Shown here: in pieces, positions 52,801 to 61,424 of the stretch | Numbering within the stretch: the first letter of the stretch is position 1 | Layout of the letters: every line of letters starts with the position of its first letter | NCBI GenBank assembly: GCA_030390025.1 | Contig: CM059438.1 | Location: 56,298,001 to 56,362,000 of the forward strand | Origin: Squalus acanthias | Taxonomy: Eukaryota | Reading direction: 5' to 3' | DNA length: 64,000 bases | Notes under the pieces: model-generated | Told to the model about the DNA's origin: nothing | Seen by the model: only the letters and a program-made list of their open reading frames with translations | Databases searched by the model: none | Translations under genes and position numbers: made by a program

Positions 52801-55800
52801 GGTTACCCGGCAGCTGGAGGGAGGCGAGAAGGGCTGGGTTTCCCAGGGCCCGGGTTACCCGGCAGCTGGAGGGAGGCGAGATGGGCTGGGTTTCCCAGGG
52901 CCCGGGTTACCCGGCAGCTGGAGGGAGGCGAGAAGGGATGGGTTTCCCAGGGCCCGGGTTACCAGGCAGCTGGAGGGAGGCGAGAAGGGCTGGGTTTCCC
53001 AGGTCCCGGGTTACCCGGCAGCTGGAGGGAGGCGAGAAGGGCTGGGTTTCCCAGGGCCCGGGTTACCCGGCAGCTGGAGGGAGGAGAGAAGGGCTGGAAC
53101 CAGCAGGCAAGTGCCTTTCCAGCACTGTTTGTGGGGCAGGAGTGCTTCCACCCCCCGGCACCACCACTGTTAAATTCAGCAGGACATCCGCGTTACCCGC
53201 ATTTCCAGGTTTCCCAGCCGCTATGACCTCCCCCTCCCCACCCCCCACCTCCCTGTAAATAGCGGGGCCAATGTCTCGGGAGATCTGTGTAGGGCAGAGG
53301 GAATAGGCAACATACAAATTTAAGAAAGGAGGGAGAGAGAAAACGGGGGAACTACAGACCAGTTAGCCTGACATCAGTAGTAGGGAAAATGCTAGAATCT
53401 ATTTTTAAGGACGTGGTAACAGGGCACTTAGAAAATAATTATACTATTGAGCAGTCAACACGGATTTATGAAAGGGAAATCATGTTTGACGAATCTGTTA
53501 GAGTTTTTTTGACGTTGTAACTAGCAGAATAGATAAGGGGGAACCAGTGGATGTGGTGTATTTGGGTTTTCAAAAGGCATTCGATAAGGTGCCACACAAG
53601 AGGTTATTAAACAAAATTAGGGCTCATGGGATTGGGGGTAATATACTAGCATGGATTGAGGATTGTTTAACAGACAGTAAACAGAGAGGAGGAATAAACG
53701 GATCATTTCCGGGTTGGCAGGCTGTAACTAGTGGGGTACCGCAAGGATCAGTGCTTGGGCCTCAGTTATTCACAATCTATATCAATGATTTGGGTGAAGG
53801 GACCAAATGTAATATATCCAAGTTTGCAAATGATACAAAGTTAGGTGGGAATGTAAGTTGTGAGGAGGATGCAAAAAGGCTTCAAGGGGATATAGACAGG
53901 CTAAGTGAGTGGGCAAGAACATGGCAAATGGAATATAATTTGGAGAAATGTGAAGTTATCCATTTTGGTAGGAAAAATAGAAAAGCAGAGTATTTTTTAA
54001 ATGGTGAGAGATTGGGAAATGTTGGTGTTCAGTGGGATCTGGGTGTCCTTGTACACGAATCACTGAAAATTAACATGCAGGTACAGCAAGCAATTAAGAA
54101 AGCAAATGGTATGTTGGCCTTTATTACAGGAGGATTTGAGTATAAGAGTAAAGATGTTACTGTAATTATATAGGGCCCTGGTGAGACCACACCTGGAGTA
54201 TGGTGTATGGTTTTGATCTCCTTACCTAAGGAAGGATATACTTGCCATATAGAGGGTGCAACAAAGGTTCACCAGACTGATTCCTGGGATGGGGGGATTG
54301 TCCTATGAGGAGAGATTGAGTAGACTAGGCCTATATTCTCTGGAGTTTAGAAGAATGAGAGGTGATCTCATTGAAACATATAAAATTCCTTCAGGGCTTG
54401 ACAGGGTAGATGCAGGGAGGATGTTTCCCCTGGCTGGGGAGTCTAGAACCAGGGGTCACAGTCTCAGAATAAGGGGTCGGCCATCTAGGACTGAGATGAG
54501 GAGAAATTTCTTCAGTCAGAGGGTGGTGAATCTTTGGAATTCTCTACCCCAGAGGGCTGTGGAGGCTCAGTCGTTGAGTATATTCAAGACAGAGATCGAT
54601 AGATTTTTGGTTATTAAGGGAATCCAGGGATATGGGGATAGTGCAGGAAAGTGGAGTTGAGGTAGAAGATCAGCCATGATCTTATTGAATGGCGGAGCAG
54701 GCTCGAGGGGCCGACTGGCCTACTCCTGCTCCTATTTCTTATGTTCTTATGAATCTGCAGCACATGTCCAGGAAACCGATTCCTGCCCAATAACAACAGG
54801 CTCAGGTCCAACCGCACTGCTCCATCAGTTTGACTGCAGCCAATCAACAATCAGGAGAGTGTTACTAGATCCCGTACCCTACATACACACAGATTGAGAA
54901 AGAGATTGAATGAAGAGATGGAGCTGGGATACAAAGCAATCACTGGACGCCAAGAACTGGGACTAGCAAATAGAATACTCCTGCACTCCATCAGAATGCT
55001 GTCAAATCTAGAGTTTGGAAGGGACAAGATCACACGGGAGGATTGAATTATACAACATGCGAAACATGTCAATGAATATGGAGTAATTCAACTGTCAGAG
55101 CCCAATCCTACAATGAAGGAGCAATTAGAAAGCAGGTACGGAGCAAGTATTGCACTGTAGGTCAGTATGTCCTACCTTCTGAACTCATTGCGTTCTCCAG
55201 ACTGGGCCAAGGACACCAAGGTGCTGGTCACAGAAGTTCCCACATTGACTCCCATGACAATTGGAATAGAAGCTTTTACATTGAGCACTGTCAAAGAAAG
55301 ACATGCATTAGAAAACGTCATGGTCTGCCTCACCTCTCCCCAACCCCCATCTCAGGCCAGTGCTCACACTGCCTAGCGCCCAAAGGAACGTACTGGGAAA
55401 CCATCTGTAATAGAACAGGACCAGACCCCGTATGTGGAGGTAGCCTTGGCAGGGCTCACTGACACTGGGCGCTTTCTGAGATCAGGACAATGTTACACAC
55501 AGTGACTACACCCCAGACCAAAGCCATCGCAATAAGTACCTTTGGGAATCAGGCAGTATTTATTCAGGGTTTTTCCTCAGAAGATGAAATCGGTGGGTAG
55601 AATCAATGATAGGATAGAGTGTACACGGGCTGTGGAAGGAGATTAAATGGGTGGGTAGAGTCCGTGATAAGGTAGAGTGTACACGGGTTGTGGAAGGAGA
55701 TGAAATGGGTGGGTAGAATCTGTGATAAGGTAGAGTGTACACGGGCTGTGGAAGGAGATTAAATGGGTGGGTAGAATCCGTGATAAGGTAGAGTGTACAC

Positions 55801-58800
55801 GGGCTGTGGAAGGAGATTAAATTGGTGGGTAGAATCCGTGATAAGGTAAAGTATACACGGGCTGTGGAAGGAGATTAAATGGGTGGGTAGAGTCCGTGAT
55901 AAGGTAGAGTGTACACGGGTTGTGGAAGAAAATTGCCTCCTTGGCTGAATGGCTTGTTATTCCTCCCTGCTTTTTATGATCTAATTAGTCAGAGCAAATA
56001 AAAACAAGTCAATATATTTCAAATCCACAGGATTGGTTGTACCCCGTGTACCTCTCCAGTTTGTGTAGAAACATTGAGGAACACAATCTGCCCTGCAGAG
56101 AGCGAGAGCTCAGCTCCAGTCCTAACTCACACATTGCTGGCAGAGCTTGGCTAGTAACAGACAGGGTGTTCACTGTGGGAGTGGAGTTCAATACGTTTGG
56201 ATCAGAGTGCAGAGGAATATACTTACACCCCGAGGAGACCATACTGACCACGATGGATGAGGATGTGCTGGAACTCTGCACCAGAATCGTCACCAACACC
56301 CCCAGCACCAGGCCAGCTATCGGATTGGCCAGAACTGTGTTATCACCAAATATGTCACCAGCCATTTTCCCTAAAGAAAAACGGTGCCAATTAATATCAG
56401 CAAACAGCAACAACTTGCCTTTATATCACACCTTTAACGTAGACAAATGTGCCAAGGTGCTTCACAGGAGCGTTATCAACAAAATTTAACATCACTGAGT
56501 ATAACATCATTCAGTGGACCGTCATATAGACCACAGATATTCCATTATATAGACCACAGATATTCCATTATATAGACCACAGATATTCCATTATATAGAT
56601 CACAGATATTCCATTATATAGACCACAGATATTCCATTATATAGATCACATATATTCCATTATATAGATCACAGATATTCCATTATATAGATCACAGATA
56701 TTCCATTATATATATCACATATATTCCATTATATAGATCGTGTATATTCCATTATATAGATCGTATATATTCCATTATATATATCACATATATTTCCATT
56801 ATATAGATCATATACGTTCCCATTATATAGATCACATATATTCCATTATATATCACATATATTCCCATTATACAGATCACAGACATCCCATTATATAGAT
56901 CACATATATTCCCATTATATAGATCACTATATTCCCATTATATAGATCACATATATTCCCATTATATAGATCACATATATTCCATTATATATATCGTATG
57001 TATTCCATTATATAGATCACATATATTCCATTATATAGATCACATATATTCCATTATATAGATCACATATGTTCCCATTATATAGATCATATATATTCCA
57101 TTATATAGATCACATATATTCCCATTATATAGATCACATATAGATCACATATATTCCATTATATAGATCACATATATTCCATTATATATATCATATGTAT
57201 TCCATTGTATAGATCACATATATTCCATTATATAGATCACATATATTCCATTATATAGATCACATATATTCCCATTATATAGATCATATATATTCCATTA
57301 TATAGATCACATATATTCCATTATATAGATCATATATATTCCATTATATAGATCACATATATTCCCATTATATAGATCACATATATTCCATTATATAGAT
57401 CACATATATTCCATTATATAGATCACATATATTCCATTATATAGATCACATATATTCCATTATATAGATAGCATATATTCCATTATATAGATCACATATA
57501 TTCCATTATATATCTCGTATGTATTCCATTATATAGATCACATATATTCCATTATATAGATCACATATATTCCATTATATATCTCGTATGTATTCCATTA
57601 TATAGATCACATATATTCCATTATATAGATCACATATATTCCATTATATAGATCGCATATATTCCATTATATAGATCACATATATTCCATTATATATCTC
57701 ATATGTATTCCATTATATAGATCACATATATTCCATTATATAGATCGCATATATTCCATTATATAGATCACATATATTCCATTATATATCTCGTATGTAT
57801 TCCATTATATATATCACATATATTCCATTATATAGATCACTATATTCCCATTATATAGATCACATATATTCCATTATATAGATTACATATATTCCATTAT
57901 ATAGATCACATATATTCCATTATATAGATCACATATATTCCATTATATAGATCACATATATTCCATTATATAGATCACTATATTCCCATTATATAGATCA
58001 CATATATTCCATTATATAGATTACATATATTCCATTATATAGATCACATATATTCCATTATATAGATCACATATATTCCATTATATATCTCGTATGTATT
58101 CCATTATATAGATCACATATATTCCATTATATAGATCACATATATTCCATTATATATCTTGTATGTATTCCATTATATAGATCACATATATTCCATTATA
58201 TAGATCACATATATTCCATTATATAGATCACATATATTCCCATTATATAGATCACATATATTCCATTATATAGATCACATATATTCCATTATATATATCG
58301 TATGTATTCCATTATATAGATCACATATATTCCATTATATAGATCACATATATCCCATTATATAGATCACATATATTCCCATTATATAGATCACATATAT
58401 TCCATTATATAGATCACATATATTCCATTATATATATCGTATGTATTCCATTATATAGATCACATATATTCCATTATATAGATCACATATATTCCATTAT
58501 ATATCTCGTATGTATTCCATTATATAGATCACATATATTCCATTATATAGATCACATATATTCCATTATATAGATCACATATATTCCATTATATATCTCG
58601 TATGTATTCCATTATATAGATCACATATATTCCATTATATAGATCACATATATTCCATTATATATATCGTATGTATTCCATTATATAGATCGCATATATT
58701 CCATTATATAGATCACATATATTCCATTATATATCTCGTATGTATTCCATTATATAGATCACACATATTCCATTATATAGATCACATATATTCCATTATA

Positions 58801-60311
58801 TATCTCGTATGTATTCCATTATATAGATCACATATATTCCATTATATAGATCACATATATTCCATTATATAGATCACATATATTCCATTATATATCTCGT
58901 ATGTATTCCATTATATAGATCACATATATTCCATTATATAGATCACATATATTCCATTATATAGATCACATATATTCCCATTATATAGATCACATATATT
59001 CCATTATATAGATCACATATATTCCATTATATATATCGTATGTATTCCATTATATAGATCACATATATTCCATTATATAGATCACATATATTCCATTATA
59101 TAGATCACATATATTCCATTATATATCTCGTATGTATTCCATTATATAGATCACATATATTCCATTATATAGATCACATATATTCCATTATATATATTGT
59201 ATGTATTCCATTATATAGATCACACATATTCCATTATATAGATCACTATATTCCCATTATATAGATCACATATATTCCCATTATATAGATCACATATATT
59301 CCATTATATAGATCACATATATTCCATTATATATATCGCATATATTCCATTATATAGATCGCATATATTCCATTATATAGATCACATATATTCCATTATA
59401 TATATCGTATGTATTCCATTATATAGATCACATATATTCCATTATATAGATCACATATATTCCATTATATAGATCACATATATTCCCATTATATAGATCA
59501 CATATATTCCATTATATAGATCACATATATCCCATTATATATATCACATATATTCCATTATATAGATCACATATATTCCCATTATATAGATCACATATAT
59601 TCCATTATATAGATCACATATATTCCCATTATATAGATCACATATATTCCATTATATAGATCACATATATCCCATTATATATATCACATATATTCCATTA
59701 TATAGATCACATATATTCCCATTATATAGATCACATATATTCCCATTATGTAGAAGATATATTTTCTCATTATATAGATCATTTATATTCAGATGATTTT
59801 GTTTGGTCTGCACCCCCCACCCCCCTCATGAGGTACAGACCAACCCGTTGCTCTGCTGTACCCCATCTTTCAAATTTTGAAACCATTGAAATAAATCATC
59901 ACTTGGTTCGATAACATTGGCGCGGTCTGCAGTAACCCCTCATTCTTGGCTCTTCCTCTACACAGCACTCTAAACCTCTTACCTCCGACCAGTTGAAATG
60001 CAGAACTTAGGACGTCCAGAGAGCAAACAAAGAAATAGAGGAGAGCAATCAGGAGGCAGCCCATTACAATCCCTTTCAAAACTTTCTTCACCTTCCCAGC
60101 TGTGTTCAATTCTGTGAAAAACAAAACCAGTATGAAGGGTAGAGCCAAAGGGTTATATTTGTTACTTAAACTTGCAAGAGGCATATAACTCACTTACCGC
60201 TCCACTTGGGCCCCTTACTCTGAAGTTGGGGGAGAGCCCAGGGATCTTCCCCCTCTTCCTCTGCACCATCATCCTTTGATTGAAGAGTATCAGTTACTGT
60301 TAGCACATTCT
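25806..60311 (-). CDS. slc34a3: Na+-dependent phosphate cotransporter type II, NaPi-IIc-like; partial gene span, 8 exons equivalent to human SLC34 exons 3-10
   Basis: Exons of 114, 129, 144, 112, 196, 96, 118 and 168 nt have GT-AG junctions and compatible phases, splicing to 1077 nt with no stop. QSSS re-entrant motif present. Paralog-diagnostic motifs [18 protein letters not shown] and [10 protein letters not shown] resemble SLC34A3 (recalled sequence). Family call is near certain; paralog call is somewhat less so. Confidence 0.88.
26140..26766 (+). mobile_element. Penelope-like retroelement 3' fragment (GIY-YIG endonuclease C-terminus plus 3' region)
   Basis: Translates as [62 protein letters not shown], followed by a pyrimidine-rich tract and a hammerhead core. 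Homologous to 63610-64000. Confidence 0.8.
26637..26672 (+). ncRNA. minimal type I hammerhead ribozyme
   Basis: AGTT-CTGACGA-AGG(GTTTCGA)CCT-GAAA-CG-TT-AACT. Intact CUGANGA and GAAA core, 4-bp stem I, short stem II, palindromic ACGU stem III as in PLE hammerheads. Confidence 0.75.
26991..27108 (-). CDS. slc34a3: slc34a3-like exon (exon 9 equivalent, extracellular loop), [39 protein letters not shown]
   Basis: ttcatcaatag| acceptor, |GTAAGT donor, 118 nt. Phase 0-1 bridges the neighbouring exons. Two Cys and four N-X-S/T sequons fit the large loop. Absent from the ORF track. Confidence 0.88.
27150..27240 (+). mobile_element. tRNA-derived SINE head (Deu-domain/SacSINE1-like), running into the 33-bp array
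   Basis: CTGAGTCAGAAGGTCATGGGTTCAAACC with B-box GGTTCAAACC (27189-27198), then AATCTAG..GACAC..CAGTGCAGTAC. Family assignment from recall. Confidence 0.6.
27235..37252. repeat. 33-bp GC-rich minisatellite (GAGGGAGYGCTGCACTGTCGGAGGGGCAGTACT), about 300 units, with an internal 3.8-kb duplication
   Basis: Direct periodicity. Near-identical ORF-track entries recur at a 3813-bp offset (for example 28497 vs 32310). Confidence 0.99.
37289..37384 (-). CDS. slc34a3: slc34a3-like exon (exon 8 equivalent), [32 protein letters not shown]
   Basis: ttccttcctctgcag| acceptor with CTAAT branch-like motif (37406-37410), |GTGAGT donor, 96 nt, conserved LD..VI..IA.GD..A.N..LI..WC. Confidence 0.93.
37792..40504 (-). 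mobile_element. CR1/L2-group LINE of a second family, 5'-truncated, nested in the host CR1
   Basis: A-rich tail at 37792. ORF pieces include [33 protein letters not shown] and endonuclease SSDHC. The host sequence resumes at about 40505. Confidence 0.9.
38968..39100. repeat. 46-bp tandem triplication inside the LINE RT
   Basis: CACCTCACCTCTGGAATTCAGCTCCTTTGTCCATGTTTGGAACTCT starts at 38968, 39014 and 39060. Confidence 0.95.
40729..41532. mobile_element. non-autonomous DNA transposon (MITE), PIF/Harbinger-like, CpG-rich
   Basis: Imperfect TIRs GGGAGAAAAGTT / AATTTTTCCCCC with 3-bp TSD CTT (40726-40728, 41533-41535). Removal restores the host LINE sequence. Confidence 0.8.
41988..42844. mobile_element. 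non-autonomous PIF/Harbinger-like MITE
   Basis: 14-bp perfect TIR GGGCTGGATTTTAC / GTAAAATCCAGCCC, flanks CTG/CTA (3-bp TSD with one change). Internal homology to 44341-45196. Confidence 0.85.
43481..44176. mobile_element. non-autonomous PIF/Harbinger-like MITE
   Basis: 12-bp perfect TIR GGGCTGGATTTT / AAAATCCAGCCC with TSD AAA. Removal restores host GATACAAAGTATTTG. Confidence 0.87.
43790..43861. repeat. compound microsatellite (GGCT)n(GGAT)n inside the MITE
   Basis: Directly visible. Confidence 0.97.
44341..45196. mobile_element. non-autonomous PIF/Harbinger-like MITE inserted into a 23-bp triple repeat
   Basis: TIR GAGGGGAATTTT / AAAATTCCCCCC, flanks TAT/TGT. It splits AATCTGTTTCTATGTCTCTTGCT repeats. 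Confidence 0.82.
45385..45930 (+). mobile_element. CR1 ORF1 (SGNH esterase-like) fragment
   Basis: [17 protein letters not shown]...[10 protein letters not shown]...DGLYLNRAG; clearly homologous to minus-strand 47695-48215. Confidence 0.85.
45927..48670 (-). mobile_element. CR1 LINE 5' part: ORF1 esterase, ORF2 APE endonuclease and start of RT, degraded
   Basis: ORF 47461-48441 ([25 protein letters not shown]) and ORF 46180-47409 (MGDFN, SNSDHN, KSPGPDG). Ends at [13 protein letters not shown]. Confidence 0.9.
48672..49500 (+). mobile_element. CR1 LINE 3' part (late RT plus 3' UTR)
   Basis: RLSEWAK...LVRPHLEYC...LGLYSLEF, 3' UTR hairpin region and CCTATGTT-like tail. Confidence 0.9.
49512..49920 (+). 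mobile_element. degenerate one-ended Harbinger-like element with possible Myb/SANT-gene remnant
   Basis: Starts GGGGTAGAAATT (TIR-like). Frameshifted RTWPQ..KFSDLT followed by GTAAG at about 49863-49919. No right TIR found. Confidence 0.4.
50570..50738 (-). mobile_element. degenerate tRNA-derived SINE, LF-SINE-like
   Basis: Minus strand reads GGGGTGGCTGGGTG..CCTTTCACCTCTGAGACTTGGGTTTGTATCCAG..GCTGTAAGG..CCTACATGAAGTGAG, resembling my recollection of the LF-SINE 5' region. Confidence 0.45.
50880..51075 (-). CDS. slc34a3: slc34a3-like exon (exon 7 equivalent), [66 protein letters not shown]
   Basis: ctgtccccag| acceptor, |GTAAGT donor, 196 nt. Confidence 0.96.
51288..51635 (+). mobile_element. 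tRNA-derived SINE with LINE-derived 3' tail
   Basis: A-box-like TGGTAGTGTAGTGG and B-box GAGTTCAAATCC. The 3' 52 nt match the tail of the LINE at 37792-40504 at 44/52 positions. Confidence 0.82.
51720..51995 (+). mobile_element. degenerate tRNA-derived SINE, AmnSINE2-like
   Basis: GCCATACAG..GGTTCCATCCCCAGTTTGTGCTGAGGTAGCGGCTCTCAGCC resembles the recalled AmnSINE2 head. Confidence 0.4.
52209..53270. mobile_element. MITE-like element (related to 43481-44176) containing the 52-bp array; ends poorly defined
   Basis: GGGGTTAAAATT..AACCCGCCTCC..AAGAGGCGGG motifs are shared with the MITEs at 43481 and 44341. Confidence 0.45.
52431..53095. repeat. 52-bp GC-rich minisatellite, about 13 copies
   Basis: GGGTTTCCCAGGGCCCGGGTTWCCMGGCARCTGGAGGGAGGCGAGAAGGGMT; units at 52472, 52524 and onward. 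Confidence 0.98.
53308..54751 (+). mobile_element. 5'-truncated CR1 LINE (RT plus 3' UTR)
   Basis: ORFs 53547-54173 ([17 protein letters not shown]) and 54256-54660; tail TTCTTATGTTCTTATG. Confidence 0.93.
55176..55287 (-). CDS. slc34a3: slc34a3-like exon (exon 6 equivalent), [38 protein letters not shown]
   Basis: ctttctttgacag| acceptor, |GTAGGA donor, 112 nt. Absent from the ORF track; translated by hand. Confidence 0.95.
55580..55927. repeat. 58-bp minisatellite, about 6 copies
   Basis: GAAGGAGATTAAATGGGTGGGTAGAATCCGTGATAAGGTAGAGTGTACACGGGCTGTG; GTACACGGG at 55621, 55679 and onward. Confidence 0.97.
56227..56370 (-). CDS. slc34a3: slc34a3-like exon (exon 5 equivalent), [48 protein letters not shown]
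   Basis: ttttctttag| acceptor, |GTAAGT donor, 144 nt, first QSSS motif. Confidence 0.96.
56403..56490 (-). mobile_element. short 3' tail of an L2-type LINE or SINE
   Basis: CAACAACTTGCCTTTATATCACACCTTTAACGTAG..CCAAGGTGCTTCACAGG resembles the reverse complement of L2-type 3' ends (recall). Confidence 0.5.
56525..59780. repeat. 23-bp AT-rich minisatellite (ATATATTCCATTATATAGATCAC), about 140 units
   Basis: Direct periodicity with a recurring variant unit ...ATCTCGTATGTATTCC. Confidence 0.99.
59983..60111 (-). CDS. slc34a3: slc34a3-like exon (exon 4 equivalent), [43 protein letters not shown]
   Basis: ttttcacag| acceptor, |GTAAGA donor, 129 nt, conserved TM1 [17 protein letters not shown]. 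Confidence 0.95.
60198..60311 (-). CDS. slc34a3: slc34a3-like exon (exon 3 equivalent), [38 protein letters not shown]
   Basis: Acceptor tctcctttgtaacag|, donor |GTAAGT at 60197. The DPWxLPQL..W motif is typical of SLC34A2/A3 N-termini. Phase 1-1. Confidence 0.85.
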
Positions 60312-60506
60312 CTGTTACAAAGGAGAGATAGAAGTGGCTTTTATTCTAGAGAAAACAACAAAACATAACCCTCCCCAGCACTCATTTCGACACAGATGGG
60401 ATACTTGTAGAGGAGTGAGGGATTGGGTAGAGAAAGTGAGAGGGGCAGGATAATGTAAAAAGTCAGATCTGACCCAGGGGGAGGGAAGGCATAACTGACC
60501 TCATAG

Positions 60507-61424
60507 CTGGGTGGGAGTGTGTGCAGCGAGGAGGATAGCGAGAAACTCCAGGATGATCTGGACAGGTTGGGTGAGTGGGCAGAAGCGTGGCAGATGCAAT
60601 ATAACGTGGATAAGTGCGAGGTTATCCACTTTGGTGTCAAAAACAGAAAGGCAGACTATTATCTGAATGGCAATAGATTGGGAGAAGGGAAAGTGCAACG
60701 AGACCTGGGTGTCCTTGTGCACCAGTCGCTGAAAGTAAGCATGCAGGTGCAGCAGGCGGTGAAGAAGGCAAATGGTATGTTGGCCTTCATAGCGAAAGGG
60801 TTTGAGTATAGGAACAGGGATGTCCTGCTGCAGTTGTACAGGGCCTTGGTGAGACCACACCTTGAGTACTGTGTGCAGTTTTGGTCGCCTTATCTGAGGA
60901 AGGATGTTCTTGTCATGGAAGGAGTTCAGCGAAGATTCACAAGGCTGATATCTGGGATGGCAGGAATGACATATGAGGAGAGATTGGGTCGATTGGGCTT
61001 ATACTCACTGGAGTATAGAAGAATGAGAGGGGATCTCATCGAAACATATAAAATTCTGACAGGTCTGGACAAACTAGATGCAGGAAGAATGTTCCCGATG
61101 GTCGGAGAGTCCAGAACCAGGGGTCATAATCTACGGATAACGGGTAAACCATTTAGGACAGAAATGAGGAAGAATTTCTTCACCCAGAGAGTGGTGAACC
61201 TGTGGAATTCTCTACCACAGAAGGTAGTTGAGGCGAAGTCATTAAATATATTCAAGGATGAGTTAGATATATTTCTTAAAGCTAAAGGTATCAAGGGATA
61301 TGAGGAGAAGGCAGGTACAGGGTACTGAGTTTAGATGATCAGCCATGATCTCATCGAATGGCGGAGCAGGCTCGAGGGGCCGAATGGCCTACTCCTGCTC
61401 CTATCTTCTATGCTTCTATGTTAA
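60507..61424 (+). mobile_element. young 5'-truncated CR1 LINE with uninterrupted 269-aa ORF2 C-terminus
   Basis: ORF 60519-61328 has no stops, then 3' UTR and TTCTATG tail. Flanked by TCATAG direct repeats (60501-60506, 61425-61430). Confidence 0.93.

Noticed and set aside
52431..53095. Cluster of NF-kB-like GGGTTTCCC sites
   Set aside because: Imperfect match to the 10-bp consensus and explained by the repeat unit; no independent evidence of function.
52376..53258. Collagen-like Gly/Pro-rich ORFs in all three + frames
   Set aside because: These are translations of the 52-bp minisatellite with no Gly-X-Y register.
25806..60311. Calling the gene slc34a2 or slc34a1
   Set aside because: Exon sizes and loop resemble slc34a2, but exon 6 and 7 residues ([25 protein letters not shown]) match the IIc pattern rather than GANIG/GSNIG, TNTIVA and GATVHD. 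A phylogeny is still needed to confirm.
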